Source: a virus
Direction: 5' to 3' (one strand)
DNA length: 64,000 nucleotides
Virus record (IMG/VR): IMGVR_UViG_3300019758_000009
Span: 1-64,000 of that record
The position numbers and the translations under genes are program-made. The number at the start of each line of letters is the position of its first letter. The stretch's first letter is position 1. Below, in pieces: positions 19,552-27,567 of the stretch. Under the pieces are notes generated by a model. That model saw only the letters and a program-made list of their open reading frames with translations, made no database searches and was not told the DNA's origin.

Positions 19552-20103
19552 TTAGTTATCGTCTTCCTCTTCCTCTAAATTAATAGGTAGATTAGCTTTG
19601 GTAGCTAATGCTACGTGCGTTATCTTTGTAATGAGAGCAGAATAAAGGTCCGTTACTTTACCGTTCACAATTTTATATGTGAAAGTAACATTTTTCAACT
19701 CATCCTCCAGCCTGATGATTGCATCTTTCTGCGATGATGCCGGCATGATGAATTTTTCCTTTACAACTTTTACCTTGTTTTTACCAGCTTCTTCCTCAAA
19801 AGCTACTGTTAACTCCCAGAACATATCCTCAAACTCGTAAGGAATATACTCCACGAATGAACCGGCCGTGTCCGGGGTATAGGCGATAACGTCGTTAAGA
19901 CTGACACCTGAAAATTGAACTCTTTCAATTTTATCGACAACTGTATTGTCTGTGTAGTTGGTTAGGGTGTTAAGGTAATCCTGAGCTACAACCTCAGCTT
20001 CCGTAAATGAAGAAACCTCCAATAATACAACGCGTTTTCTAACGCTTAACTCTCCTTCTGAGTTTTCAGCCGTGATACGGCCTGTGATTTTAAATAAATT
20101 CAT
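19552..20103 (-). CDS. DUF4494-like protein
   Basis: LLEVSSFTEAE motif and duplicated-domain layout typical of this Bacteroidota family. Confidence 0.7.
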   Translation of the reverse strand: MNLFKITGRITAENSEGELSVRKRVVLLEVSSFTEAEVVAQDYLNTLTNYTDNTVVDKIERVQFSGVSLNDVIAYTPDTAGSFVEYIPYEFEDMFWELTVAFEEEAGKNKVKVVKEKFIMPASSQKDAIIRLEDELKNVTFTYKIVNGKVTDLYSALITKITHVALATKANLPINLEEEEDDN

Positions 20104-20137
20104 ACGCTATAATTTTAAATTCGATGCAAAGGTAACA

Positions 20138-20524
20138 TTATTTTTTAATATACCAAAAAACATCTGGGTTTTCTTTAAATTTTCTTTCGTACCCATTGTT
20201 TTTCATGAGTTTTATAATCTCATCGGATTTCCATGTGTCTGTAATTTTCGAGAAGCCATCTATGGTGACATTCTGATTGCAGAGCAATTTAACCCTTTCC
20301 TTTTCTATAAGGAACTGAGCGCAGATCTCTTCAGCTTTGTTTTGCTCCAAGGTACATTTATACCTCCAGAAATGCTGAATGAAACCTCGTGGTGATTCGA
20401 TAGTGTGCTTACCATTCCATTCCCAGTAATCGTATTTTTCGCCGTGTGCCTTAGCAAAAGCAACAAGATCCGTGACTAAGAGCTTGTTTTTGCGTGCTAT
20501 TTCAGATATTAACTTTTGTGCCAT
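20138..20524 (-). CDS. hypothetical protein
   Basis: 128 aa, own promoter element at 20576-20569. Confidence 0.65.
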   Translation of the reverse strand: MAQKLISEIARKNKLLVTDLVAFAKAHGEKYDYWEWNGKHTIESPRGFIQHFWRYKCTLEQNKAEEICAQFLIEKERVKLLCNQNVTIDGFSKITDTWKSDEIIKLMKNNGYERKFKENPDVFWYIKK

Positions 20525-20603
20525 AATGCGCGTTTTAGATTCATAAGCGAGTAATTATTTATTAAGTGCAAATATAAAATAAATAATTGACATATGCAAG
20601 TTT

Positions 20604-21467
20604 TTACTTGACAAATTTAAATTCACCATCCCAGCTAGATAGCATCGGTAATTTCTCTGACTTGTATAAGCGGTAAATTTTCTCCATACCGATTTTAGTT
20701 AACGTTAGAACAGACTCTCTTCTGTAAAACCATTTACCTTGCCGCGTTTTAGCTACAGGTTCATCAGATTCAAGAAAATTAATCTGGAACCAATCTCTGG
20801 TGTAGCCAGTTGGTAAGTACCCAACCTGCTGGAAGAGTTGATCCCCAGACTCTACCCACACCTTTGAATGCATTTTAATCTTTTTCTTAGCAATCAAATG
20901 AGACAATAACCCTTTCTGTTTAACGCCATTAAGCTGTAACACGGCTTGGGTGAGAGTTATTCCAGCTTTGAAGTTGTCTATCAAATCGTCTACGTGACTT
21001 TCTGATTTTGTCAACTTCTCTTGTAGCTGCCTATTTTCTTCGAGTTGCTTAGACATGAATAAAACTTCAGTTTCAGACAGACTGGGAAAGTATGTCTTTA
21101 TGAATTGAAGAGATGAGTTTTCCGCAACGAATCCACCAGTACGCCTGATTGTTGGTAGTACAAGATCAGTTATCCAATCTTGAAAGTCTTCTGCTGAAGG
21201 AGAATTAGACTTTATTGTTGCTCTATAAAGTTGCTTTTCTGATATGAAATCAGACTTATGTAAAGGTGGCGTTTCTGCCGCCTCGCTAACTTTCAGTGCT
21301 TTACGTAACTTATTCATATCTGGAAGCTTGTTCCCGCTCGTCGTAACTTTTGTCGGAGCCCACAATTTTAAAGCTACCTCACCAGCGTTAAACATTGGCT
21401 TTTCTGATGTTCCATACACGCTAAAATCACCAAACATACGATGTTTGAAATTCTTTAATTTTTCCAT
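20604..21467 (-). CDS. BRO-N domain antirepressor-like DNA-binding protein
   Basis: PMFNAGEVA, ISEKQLYRATIKS..PSAEDFQDWITDLVLPTIRRTGGF. Confidence 0.85.
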   Translation of the reverse strand: MEKLKNFKHRMFGDFSVYGTSEKPMFNAGEVALKLWAPTKVTTSGNKLPDMNKLRKALKVSEAAETPPLHKSDFISEKQLYRATIKSNSPSAEDFQDWITDLVLPTIRRTGGFVAENSSLQFIKTYFPSLSETEVLFMSKQLEENRQLQEKLTKSESHVDDLIDNFKAGITLTQAVLQLNGVKQKGLLSHLIAKKKIKMHSKVWVESGDQLFQQVGYLPTGYTRDWFQINFLESDEPVAKTRQGKWFYRRESVLTLTKIGMEKIYRLYKSEKLPMLSSWDGEFKFVK

Positions 21468-21583
21468 AAGCTTTTATTTTAATTGTACATAATATAATTT
21501 ATTCTCCCGCACGATATCGTGCGGGAGCTAATGGACAGTGTGTTACGTTATTTATTTAAATTGCCCGTAAACATAACTGTTCA

Positions 21584-22342
21584 TCAAGAGGTTTTTATAA
21601 TTCGATCCCCTTCAAGCTTGAAGTCCCCAGCTTTCGGCTTTTGATATACTGGATAGTCGCCACGTTTACCTCCTAACATTTTGAATCTAGCCCAAATATC
21701 ATCCTCGTATTGCCATAAAGCATTTATAGCTGATAGATCTATGGAGATGCCATTATCATCTCGCATTTTGATGATATTAACAAACCCGCTATCTGGATTT
21801 GATAACTCGGACAGCCTCTTGTATGTTGCGCGTTTTGAGATACCTATCAACTCAAGATCCCCGGCTATTTTTGTAGAGGAATGGTATGTGCTGATTGTTT
21901 TTAGATCTCCATCGATGTAAAATATTTTCCATAACAGCGCTAGGAATAGCTTCTGGTAGACGGTAAGTACAGAGGTGGTAAGAATTACACTGGGGATTCG
22001 CTCAGCTTTTTCTTGTTTGCTTTCCAGTATATCTACTGTTATGTGTACTTTTTTACCGTCTTCGCTCATTTTTCTCATTACAGAAATAGCGTTCGCCTGC
22101 TCTAATTCAAGTAATGCTTTCTGGTAGGTGTTTGAGCTTATCGCGAACTTTTTCTTCATGAAGGTATAACTTGGGTCAAACCTCTTGTTTTCTGTTTCCA
22201 GAACCCCCTTTGTCCATCTGATGGCTAGGTACACAAATTTAGATGCTGGAGATATAGCGTCATTGCCTACGGTTCTTAATTTTCTAATTCTTTCTGGGAG
22301 TGGTGTCTCCCCTCCTTTAAACTCTATAAAGTTCTTCTTCAT
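21584..22342 (-). CDS. putative replication initiator (two winged-helix domains)
   Basis: Two repeats of a LSxxxKxxYxxL...HTH pattern (ISPASKFVYLAI...ISSNTYQKALLELEQ; LTVYQKLFLAL...ISKRATYKRLSEL); adjacent to iterons. Confidence 0.6.
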   Translation of the reverse strand: MKKNFIEFKGGETPLPERIRKLRTVGNDAISPASKFVYLAIRWTKGVLETENKRFDPSYTFMKKKFAISSNTYQKALLELEQANAISVMRKMSEDGKKVHITVDILESKQEKAERIPSVILTTSVLTVYQKLFLALLWKIFYIDGDLKTISTYHSSTKIAGDLELIGISKRATYKRLSELSNPDSGFVNIIKMRDDNGISIDLSAINALWQYEDDIWARFKMLGGKRGDYPVYQKPKAGDFKLEGDRIIKTS

Positions 22343-22453
22343 AAGCTAGCTTGTTTGTTTATCGATTTTTACTTTATGGTGCAAATATATAAAAAAAACT
22401 TTAAATAGCAAATAAAGCGCTCTTTATTTCTAATTTCACTGCATAAATAAACC

Positions 22454-22534
22454 ACTGCACAGAAAGAGTGGGTTTACTGCACAGAAAGAGTGGGTTTACT
22501 GCACAGAAAGAGTGATCTACTGCACAGAAAGAGT
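22454..22534. repeat. four iteron-like direct repeats ACTGCACAGAAAGAGT(G), putative replication origin
   Basis: Copies start at 22454, 22476, 22498, 22519 (period 22, 22, 21). Confidence 0.8.
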
Positions 22535-22736
22535 ACAGTAAAAACCCAAGCGTAAAATCCAATAGTGAAAACCCAAGATAAAACCCTTTGTAAAAAAAAT
22601 GTTCGCTACGCTCACTGAATTTCGCTTCGCATTTTTAACACCTTTTTAAAAACACCCAAACAATTCCCCATACATCCAGATTAATTGCAATAACATTCTA
22701 CGCAATTGCAATTCGCGAATCAAGGATTGCAATTAA

Positions 22737-22768
22737 AACCAATAAAAGAACCTTCCAGCTATTCTTAA
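22737..22768 (+). promoter_or_regulatory. putative phage late promoter AACCA-N17-CTATTCTTAA (portal operon)
   Basis: Same bipartite motif recurs at 26061, 26171, 26878, 30989, 31688. Confidence 0.7.
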
Positions 22769-22798
22769 TTATGTAATCGATAATCAAAAAACAAGCAT

Positions 22799-24100
22799 AT
22801 GCCAGAAATAAAATCAAAAGACTTTTCTACCGCCGACAACCCAGTAGTCGGAATGGATGAGGCCACCCTGCATTCGGTGTACAAGACTTCAAAGAAAGTC
22901 ATACAGGAGTATGTAAGGGAAATAGAACGACACAATAGATACAAAACGGCCAGAGCAGATTTTTCTACGAAGGTAATTATGGATAACCGCGCGGCCCTAA
23001 TCGATCTTTACGAGGCATGCATGCAGCAGGATGCCCATATGAAAAGCGTTATTGAGACATTAGAATCTCAGGTTCTCGGAGAGCGCTATATGATGGCCAG
23101 ACAAACTCAAAGTGGCCAATATGTCAAAAATATTGACGAAACGAAGAAAATTCAAGGCACCCAGTTCATAAAAATAATTAAAGGCATCCTAGAGTCGAAG
23201 CTTTATGGTTATACGTTGATCGAGCTAGGAAGAGGCACTCATCCTATTACAGGGAAATTGACTGATGTAAAACTTGTTGAAAGGAGAAACGTGTTAGCGG
23301 ACCAGCATTACGTTGTGAAACGCCAAGGTCAGTACTACCCAGGGTGGGATATAAATGAACCAGCTTATGTTGATGATTATGTTCTGGTAAAAAATGATGA
23401 TCTGGGTATGTTCTCAGCAACCACTCCGCTTATACTCGCGAAGAAATTCACATTCGCTAATTACGTTAGCTTTGCACAAACGTACGGCCAGCCAATAATT
23501 CAAGGAAAAACAGCCGATGAGGGCACTACGGCCAGGCAACAATTGGCAAATGAAATTGCCACGGCCTCAGCTCAGCGGATAATTGTTACCGGCCTACAAG
23601 ATGAGTTAAGTGTTCACGCTTTAGCTATGTCTAATTCAGAAAAGATATACACAAGTTTGGTGGATATGGTAAATGCTGAAGTTTCAAACTTAGTCTTAGG
23701 GTCAGAATCTATGGCTGGAGCTACACAGAGTTATGTTGGATCATCCAATGCCCATCAGGATATATTCAGAGATAGAATTGAGGTTTATCGTGAATACATT
23801 GAGAACATAATGAATGAAGAGATAATTCCAAGACTTGTTAAGAAAGGCATGCTTGAGCCTGGCAATGAATTTAAATACGCCAACAAACTTGAGATGTCTA
23901 ACGAGGACCGGATCAAACTTTACAACTTCATAACCGACAAATACAATGTTACTCCTGAAGAAATAGAAAAAGAATTTGGTATAGTCGTTGGTTCCCAGTT
24001 CAACGCGGCAATCGCTGCTGCTACTAACGAAAACCAAAAGCCAGCCACAACGAAATTGAAAAAAGTTGAGGCCAAGGTAAATTTTCTGACGAGGAAGTAG
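22799..24100 (+). CDS. portal protein (Mu gp29/DUF935-like)
   Basis: DLYEACMQQDAH, LYGYTLIEL, FAQTYGQP, NAEVSNLVLG motifs; first gene of the head module. Confidence 0.85.
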   Translation: MPEIKSKDFSTADNPVVGMDEATLHSVYKTSKKVIQEYVREIERHNRYKTARADFSTKVIMDNRAALIDLYEACMQQDAHMKSVIETLESQVLGERYMMARQTQSGQYVKNIDETKKIQGTQFIKIIKGILESKLYGYTLIELGRGTHPITGKLTDVKLVERRNVLADQHYVVKRQGQYYPGWDINEPAYVDDYVLVKNDDLGMFSATTPLILAKKFTFANYVSFAQTYGQPIIQGKTADEGTTARQQLANEIATASAQRIIVTGLQDELSVHALAMSNSEKIYTSLVDMVNAEVSNLVLGSESMAGATQSYVGSSNAHQDIFRDRIEVYREYIENIMNEEIIPRLVKKGMLEPGNEFKYANKLEMSNEDRIKLYNFITDKYNVTPEEIEKEFGIVVGSQFNAAIAAATNENQKPATTKLKKVEAKVNFLTRK

Positions 24101-24159
24101 ACGGGTCTACTGCTTCCTCTATTGAATCGATCACAGCCAAGATCTCAGATTTTTACAAT

Positions 24160-25014
24160 GTGCAGGCTGAAGCATCGAAAAATGACCTTGATGGAATAAA
24201 GGACATCACAAACGACGAGTACGTTACCTTATTAGCTATTTTAAGAGGGTTTTTAGAGGATTTCTATAACAATCCATCTCTATATATGACCCATACAGAA
24301 TTAATGGAACAGAGGGCTGTATTCGCTCTTAATCATGCATTCAATGGTTACGGGTTATCTTTTGAGAGAGCTATGAACATCGTGAAGCTTGAAAATAACG
24401 ACGGTTTAACGGATATCCAAATCGAAGAACGGGACATGCTTATAGGCCTGATAGATAACATCATAAACTTCTCGGTTGCCGCTGAGCATCAAACGTTAAT
24501 GAGTATATCTGAAGACAGAGAAAAGTCTGTAGATATGGAAGAATTTATGATTACGGCCATCAATACATTTTCCAAATACAACAAGACTTACGCAGGTATT
24601 GAGAATGAAGATATTTTCTTTGCATTAGGATTGGCAGCTGAATGGCTTAGGTTCGATGCTGAAACGATACTTCAATTCACAACTCAAGGCGATGAGAGAG
24701 TAAGGGATTCTCACAACGCCATAAATGGGCTAAGATACAGGAAGAAGGACTTCCCAGCTGCTTTGATACCCCCAATTGACCATGGGTGCAGGTGCTATTT
24801 GATTGATACAGGATCGACCGATGGTCGCAAGCTTACTAATAAGCCGAATGTATCAAAACTAATAGACGACGCTACAAACCCAGCCTTTAAATACAACGTG
24901 GCCACTTCTGGCCAAATGTTTGGTGAAGACCATCCGTATTTTGAGATTGGTAGCTCATATTTATCTATACTGGGAGCTACGGTGACCAAGATAAAAAGCA
25001 ACTTAGGTTTATGA
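24160..25014 (+). CDS. head morphogenesis protein (Mu gpF / SPP1 gp7-like); probably also made as a -1 frameshift fusion to portal
   Basis: TQGDERVRDSH...PPIDHGCRC motif; frame open back through the slippery site at 24079. Confidence 0.85.
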   Translation: MQAEASKNDLDGIKDITNDEYVTLLAILRGFLEDFYNNPSLYMTHTELMEQRAVFALNHAFNGYGLSFERAMNIVKLENNDGLTDIQIEERDMLIGLIDNIINFSVAAEHQTLMSISEDREKSVDMEEFMITAINTFSKYNKTYAGIENEDIFFALGLAAEWLRFDAETILQFTTQGDERVRDSHNAINGLRYRKKDFPAALIPPIDHGCRCYLIDTGSTDGRKLTNKPNVSKLIDDATNPAFKYNVATSGQMFGEDHPYFEIGSSYLSILGATVTKIKSNLGL

Positions 25015-25451
25015 GAATGTTAAAGCCTGACCAATTTCTGCGTGAGCTCCGGAATATGCAAAGTAAATTCGAAACAGAGCTATTCCGGGCCAGACAAGAA
25101 ATCGGAACCTATGCCGTAAACCACTTCCAGTCATCCTTCAGTAAAGGAGGATTTGCTGGAGGAGGTAGTTCCTGGAGAGATAGAGAACATTCTTATTCTC
25201 ATAAAATGCTAGACAAAACAGGAAGTATGAAAGAGGCTATTAATTTTAGAGCTTACAATACGTCTAACAATATTGTCGTATCAGCCACTAAGTCGTATGC
25301 AAGATTCCATAACGATCCGGATGGGTCATGGGCTAGAAATCAACACACAAGCAAGACCACACTGCAAAGGCAGTTTATAGGCAACTCAAGGCCTATGGAG
25401 CTGTGGATCAAAAGCAGATTGCAGGCGATGCTAACAAATACATTTAGATAA
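25011..25451 (+). CDS. virion morphogenesis protein (Mu gpG-like)
   Basis: LDKTGSM, YARFHN, QRQFIG motifs. Confidence 0.75.
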   Translation: MRMLKPDQFLRELRNMQSKFETELFRARQEIGTYAVNHFQSSFSKGGFAGGGSSWRDREHSYSHKMLDKTGSMKEAINFRAYNTSNNIVVSATKSYARFHNDPDGSWARNQHTSKTTLQRQFIGNSRPMELWIKSRLQAMLTNTFR

Positions 25452-26062
25452 TGAAGGAATTATATTTAGCGATAAAAGAAATCATCTTAAACATACCCGA
25501 TATATCGGACCCTACTCAAAAAATGTTTAAGACAGTAAAGATAGACAAAGGACAATTCCAGAGAGTGATCAGTAACGTGGAGAACGAAGAGATGGGCATA
25601 ATTTTCCCTGCTGTATTTATACATTTTGTAAATGTATCTTATCTTGTAAGTCAGAACCATATAGGGGAAGGCAGAGGTACAATGAGAGTTAGGTTTGTAC
25701 TAGATAGATTGAATGACCAGGAGGATGAATTCGAGACAGAAATCTTTGACTACGCAGCAATAATCAACGCTGCAATTCAGGATGCTAGGAACACCAACGC
25801 CCAACTAGGAGAAAGGTGTGACCTCCAATATTTCGACATGCCAGAATCAGTTTCCAGAGGACTACAACCATGCTGGCTTGATTACGGTGTTAATTTTAGA
25901 GATATGTCCGCGTTCACGTTCAGAGATTATATCAAAAAGACTATCGCAACACCAGCCCATACAAACTTCTCAGACATGACAGAGGAAAATAGAGACGGTA
26001 GAGTAGATGTGATAGTAGATATACCGACTCAATCAAAGATGAGAGACGAAATATCTGAATAA
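25451..26062 (+). CDS. putative head-tail connector / tail terminator
   Basis: FPAVFIHF motif and position. Confidence 0.55.
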   Translation: MKELYLAIKEIILNIPDISDPTQKMFKTVKIDKGQFQRVISNVENEEMGIIFPAVFIHFVNVSYLVSQNHIGEGRGTMRVRFVLDRLNDQEDEFETEIFDYAAIINAAIQDARNTNAQLGERCDLQYFDMPESVSRGLQPCWLDYGVNFRDMSAFTFRDYIKKTIATPAHTNFSDMTEENRDGRVDVIVDIPTQSKMRDEISE

Positions 26063-26094
26063 CCATTTAGCCTATGGTGGCTCTATTATAAAGA

Positions 26095-26163
26095 AAGGGT
26101 TTTCCATACGCTATACAATAAATCCTAAAAATGCTCATCCATTGTCTTGGGTGGGCATTTTTA
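26095..26163 (+). ncRNA. putative late small RNA antisense to the AGCGT-AUG start context of early/middle genes
   Basis: Late promoter at 26061-26092; hairpin 26096-26126 with loop UCCAUACGCUAUACAAU; terminator hairpin 26127-26162; 5' end approximate. Confidence 0.65.
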
Positions 26164-26228
26164 CTTTGTAAACTATTTGCAATAAGCGTATCTATTATTA
26201 AATATAAAAACACTATAAATATTTGCCG

Positions 26229-27548
26229 ATGGATATAAAGAAATTCCAATTTATCGAAGGCAGTATCGCGACAGGTGAAGTAGCGACTATTAGATTTTTT
26301 GATTCTGTTGACGCATGGTCAGTAAGTTCGTTTGTTGACGAATTTCATTGGCTTGAGAATTATGTAAAACCTTCAAAAATTAAGATCCTAATCAATTCAG
26401 AGGGTGGGTCAGTTTTAAGAGGTATGGGGGCGTTCTCCGCTATCATAAACTCAGAGGTACCAACAGAAACAATTGTCGAGGGTCTTGCAGCATCTATGGG
26501 ATCTGTCCTATTGGCAGCTGGTGGCGTAGCTAAAATGCGCGACTACGGTATTATTATGCTTCATAATCCATTTGGGGGTAATGACCCAAATGATCCAATG
26601 GTCCTGGCTTTTAAAGACCAGTTGAAGGTAATCTATAAAAAACGATGGGGGTTCAGCGATGAACGTATCACTGAAATTATGGATGGCCCAGAGGATGCGG
26701 ATGGGACATATATGAATGCTGAAGCTGCTGTCGAATATGGTATAATGCATCAGGACAATGTAATACAAACTCCACTACAGGATAAAGAGTCGATACTAGC
26801 TAAACTAGACACTTCAAACTCAACTGTTAATTACGGAGAGGTATTTTCATGCTCATGCCCTGTTAACTCAAACATTAAACCATCTCTTGATAATTTATCT
26901 AATATTAAGAGTGAAGGGAATACAGTTCCCAATGATAACAATAATAACCAACAAAATTCCAACACTATGGAAAACAATTTTGAAGCGGTAGTAGCTACTC
27001 TTGAATTAGCTAAGAATTCTACTCCAGCTGATGTTATGGCTAAAATTGTTGCTTTGAATAAAGTTGAAGCAAAAGTAGCAGCCTTAACTCAGGATAATGC
27101 AACCCTAACTCAGGATAATGCAGACCTTGTAATTGCTAAAACAGGATTACAAACAAGCCTAGAAACAGTAACTGGTCAGTTAACCGACAAAGAGACTGAG
27201 CTTACTTCGGTAAAAGCAGAATTGCAGGCTTTTCAAGATGAAAAGATCGCCAAAGTAAAAGCTGAGCAAGAGGCCGTTATTGACGACGCGATCAAAGCAG
27301 GTAAAATCAAAGCTGAATCCAAAGATCAGTGGGTATCTATGGCCAACATGAATTTCGACACTGTAAAATCTACCTTAGATTCTATGCCAGGTAAAACTGT
27401 TATTTCTCAAGAGATTGTAGCAGACGCTGGATCAACATTCGTAAGCGAGGGTGGGGTACAGCTAACAGACGAAGAGGTAAAAGCTAAAGAGCATGCCGAT
27501 AAAATCAAAGCAGTGGTTGGCGATATCACATACACAAAATTAGCTTAA
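26229..27548 (+). CDS. ClpP-type prohead protease fused to coiled-coil scaffold
   Basis: INSEGGSV, EGLAASMGS (Ser), IMLHNP (His), YMNAEAAVEYG; C-terminal coiled coil. Confidence 0.9.
   Translation: MDIKKFQFIEGSIATGEVATIRFFDSVDAWSVSSFVDEFHWLENYVKPSKIKILINSEGGSVLRGMGAFSAIINSEVPTETIVEGLAASMGSVLLAAGGVAKMRDYGIIMLHNPFGGNDPNDPMVLAFKDQLKVIYKKRWGFSDERITEIMDGPEDADGTYMNAEAAVEYGIMHQDNVIQTPLQDKESILAKLDTSNSTVNYGEVFSCSCPVNSNIKPSLDNLSNIKSEGNTVPNDNNNNQQNSNTMENNFEAVVATLELAKNSTPADVMAKIVALNKVEAKVAALTQDNATLTQDNADLVIAKTGLQTSLETVTGQLTDKETELTSVKAELQAFQDEKIAKVKAEQEAVIDDAIKAGKIKAESKDQWVSMANMNFDTVKSTLDSMPGKTVISQEIVADAGSTFVSEGGVQLTDEEVKAKEHADKIKAVVGDITYTKLA
26967..27548 (+). CDS. nested in-frame scaffold protein (internal start)
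   Basis: In-frame ATG after an A-rich leader; internal late promoter AACCA-N16-CTAATATTAA at 26878-26908. Confidence 0.6.
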   Translation: MENNFEAVVATLELAKNSTPADVMAKIVALNKVEAKVAALTQDNATLTQDNADLVIAKTGLQTSLETVTGQLTDKETELTSVKAELQAFQDEKIAKVKAEQEAVIDDAIKAGKIKAESKDQWVSMANMNFDTVKSTLDSMPGKTVISQEIVADAGSTFVSEGGVQLTDEEVKAKEHADKIKAVVGDITYTKLA

Positions 27549-27567
27549 TCAATAAAAGAAACACGAT

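Noticed and set aside
21482-21509. dif-like Xer site (ATTGTACATAA-TATAAT-TTATTCTCC)
   Set aside because: Left arm resembles a XerC box but the right arm does not match TTATGTTAAAT.
22454-22534. CRISPR array
   Set aside because: Repeats are 16-17 bp with 4-5-nt linkers, two of them identical; no cas genes; better explained as iterons.
26072-26107. Minus-strand micro-ORF MENPFFIIEPP starting at an AGCGT-ATG
   Set aside because: Only 11 codons, no minus-strand promoter seen, and the promoter and G-U-containing hairpins all point to a plus-strand RNA. Not fully excluded.
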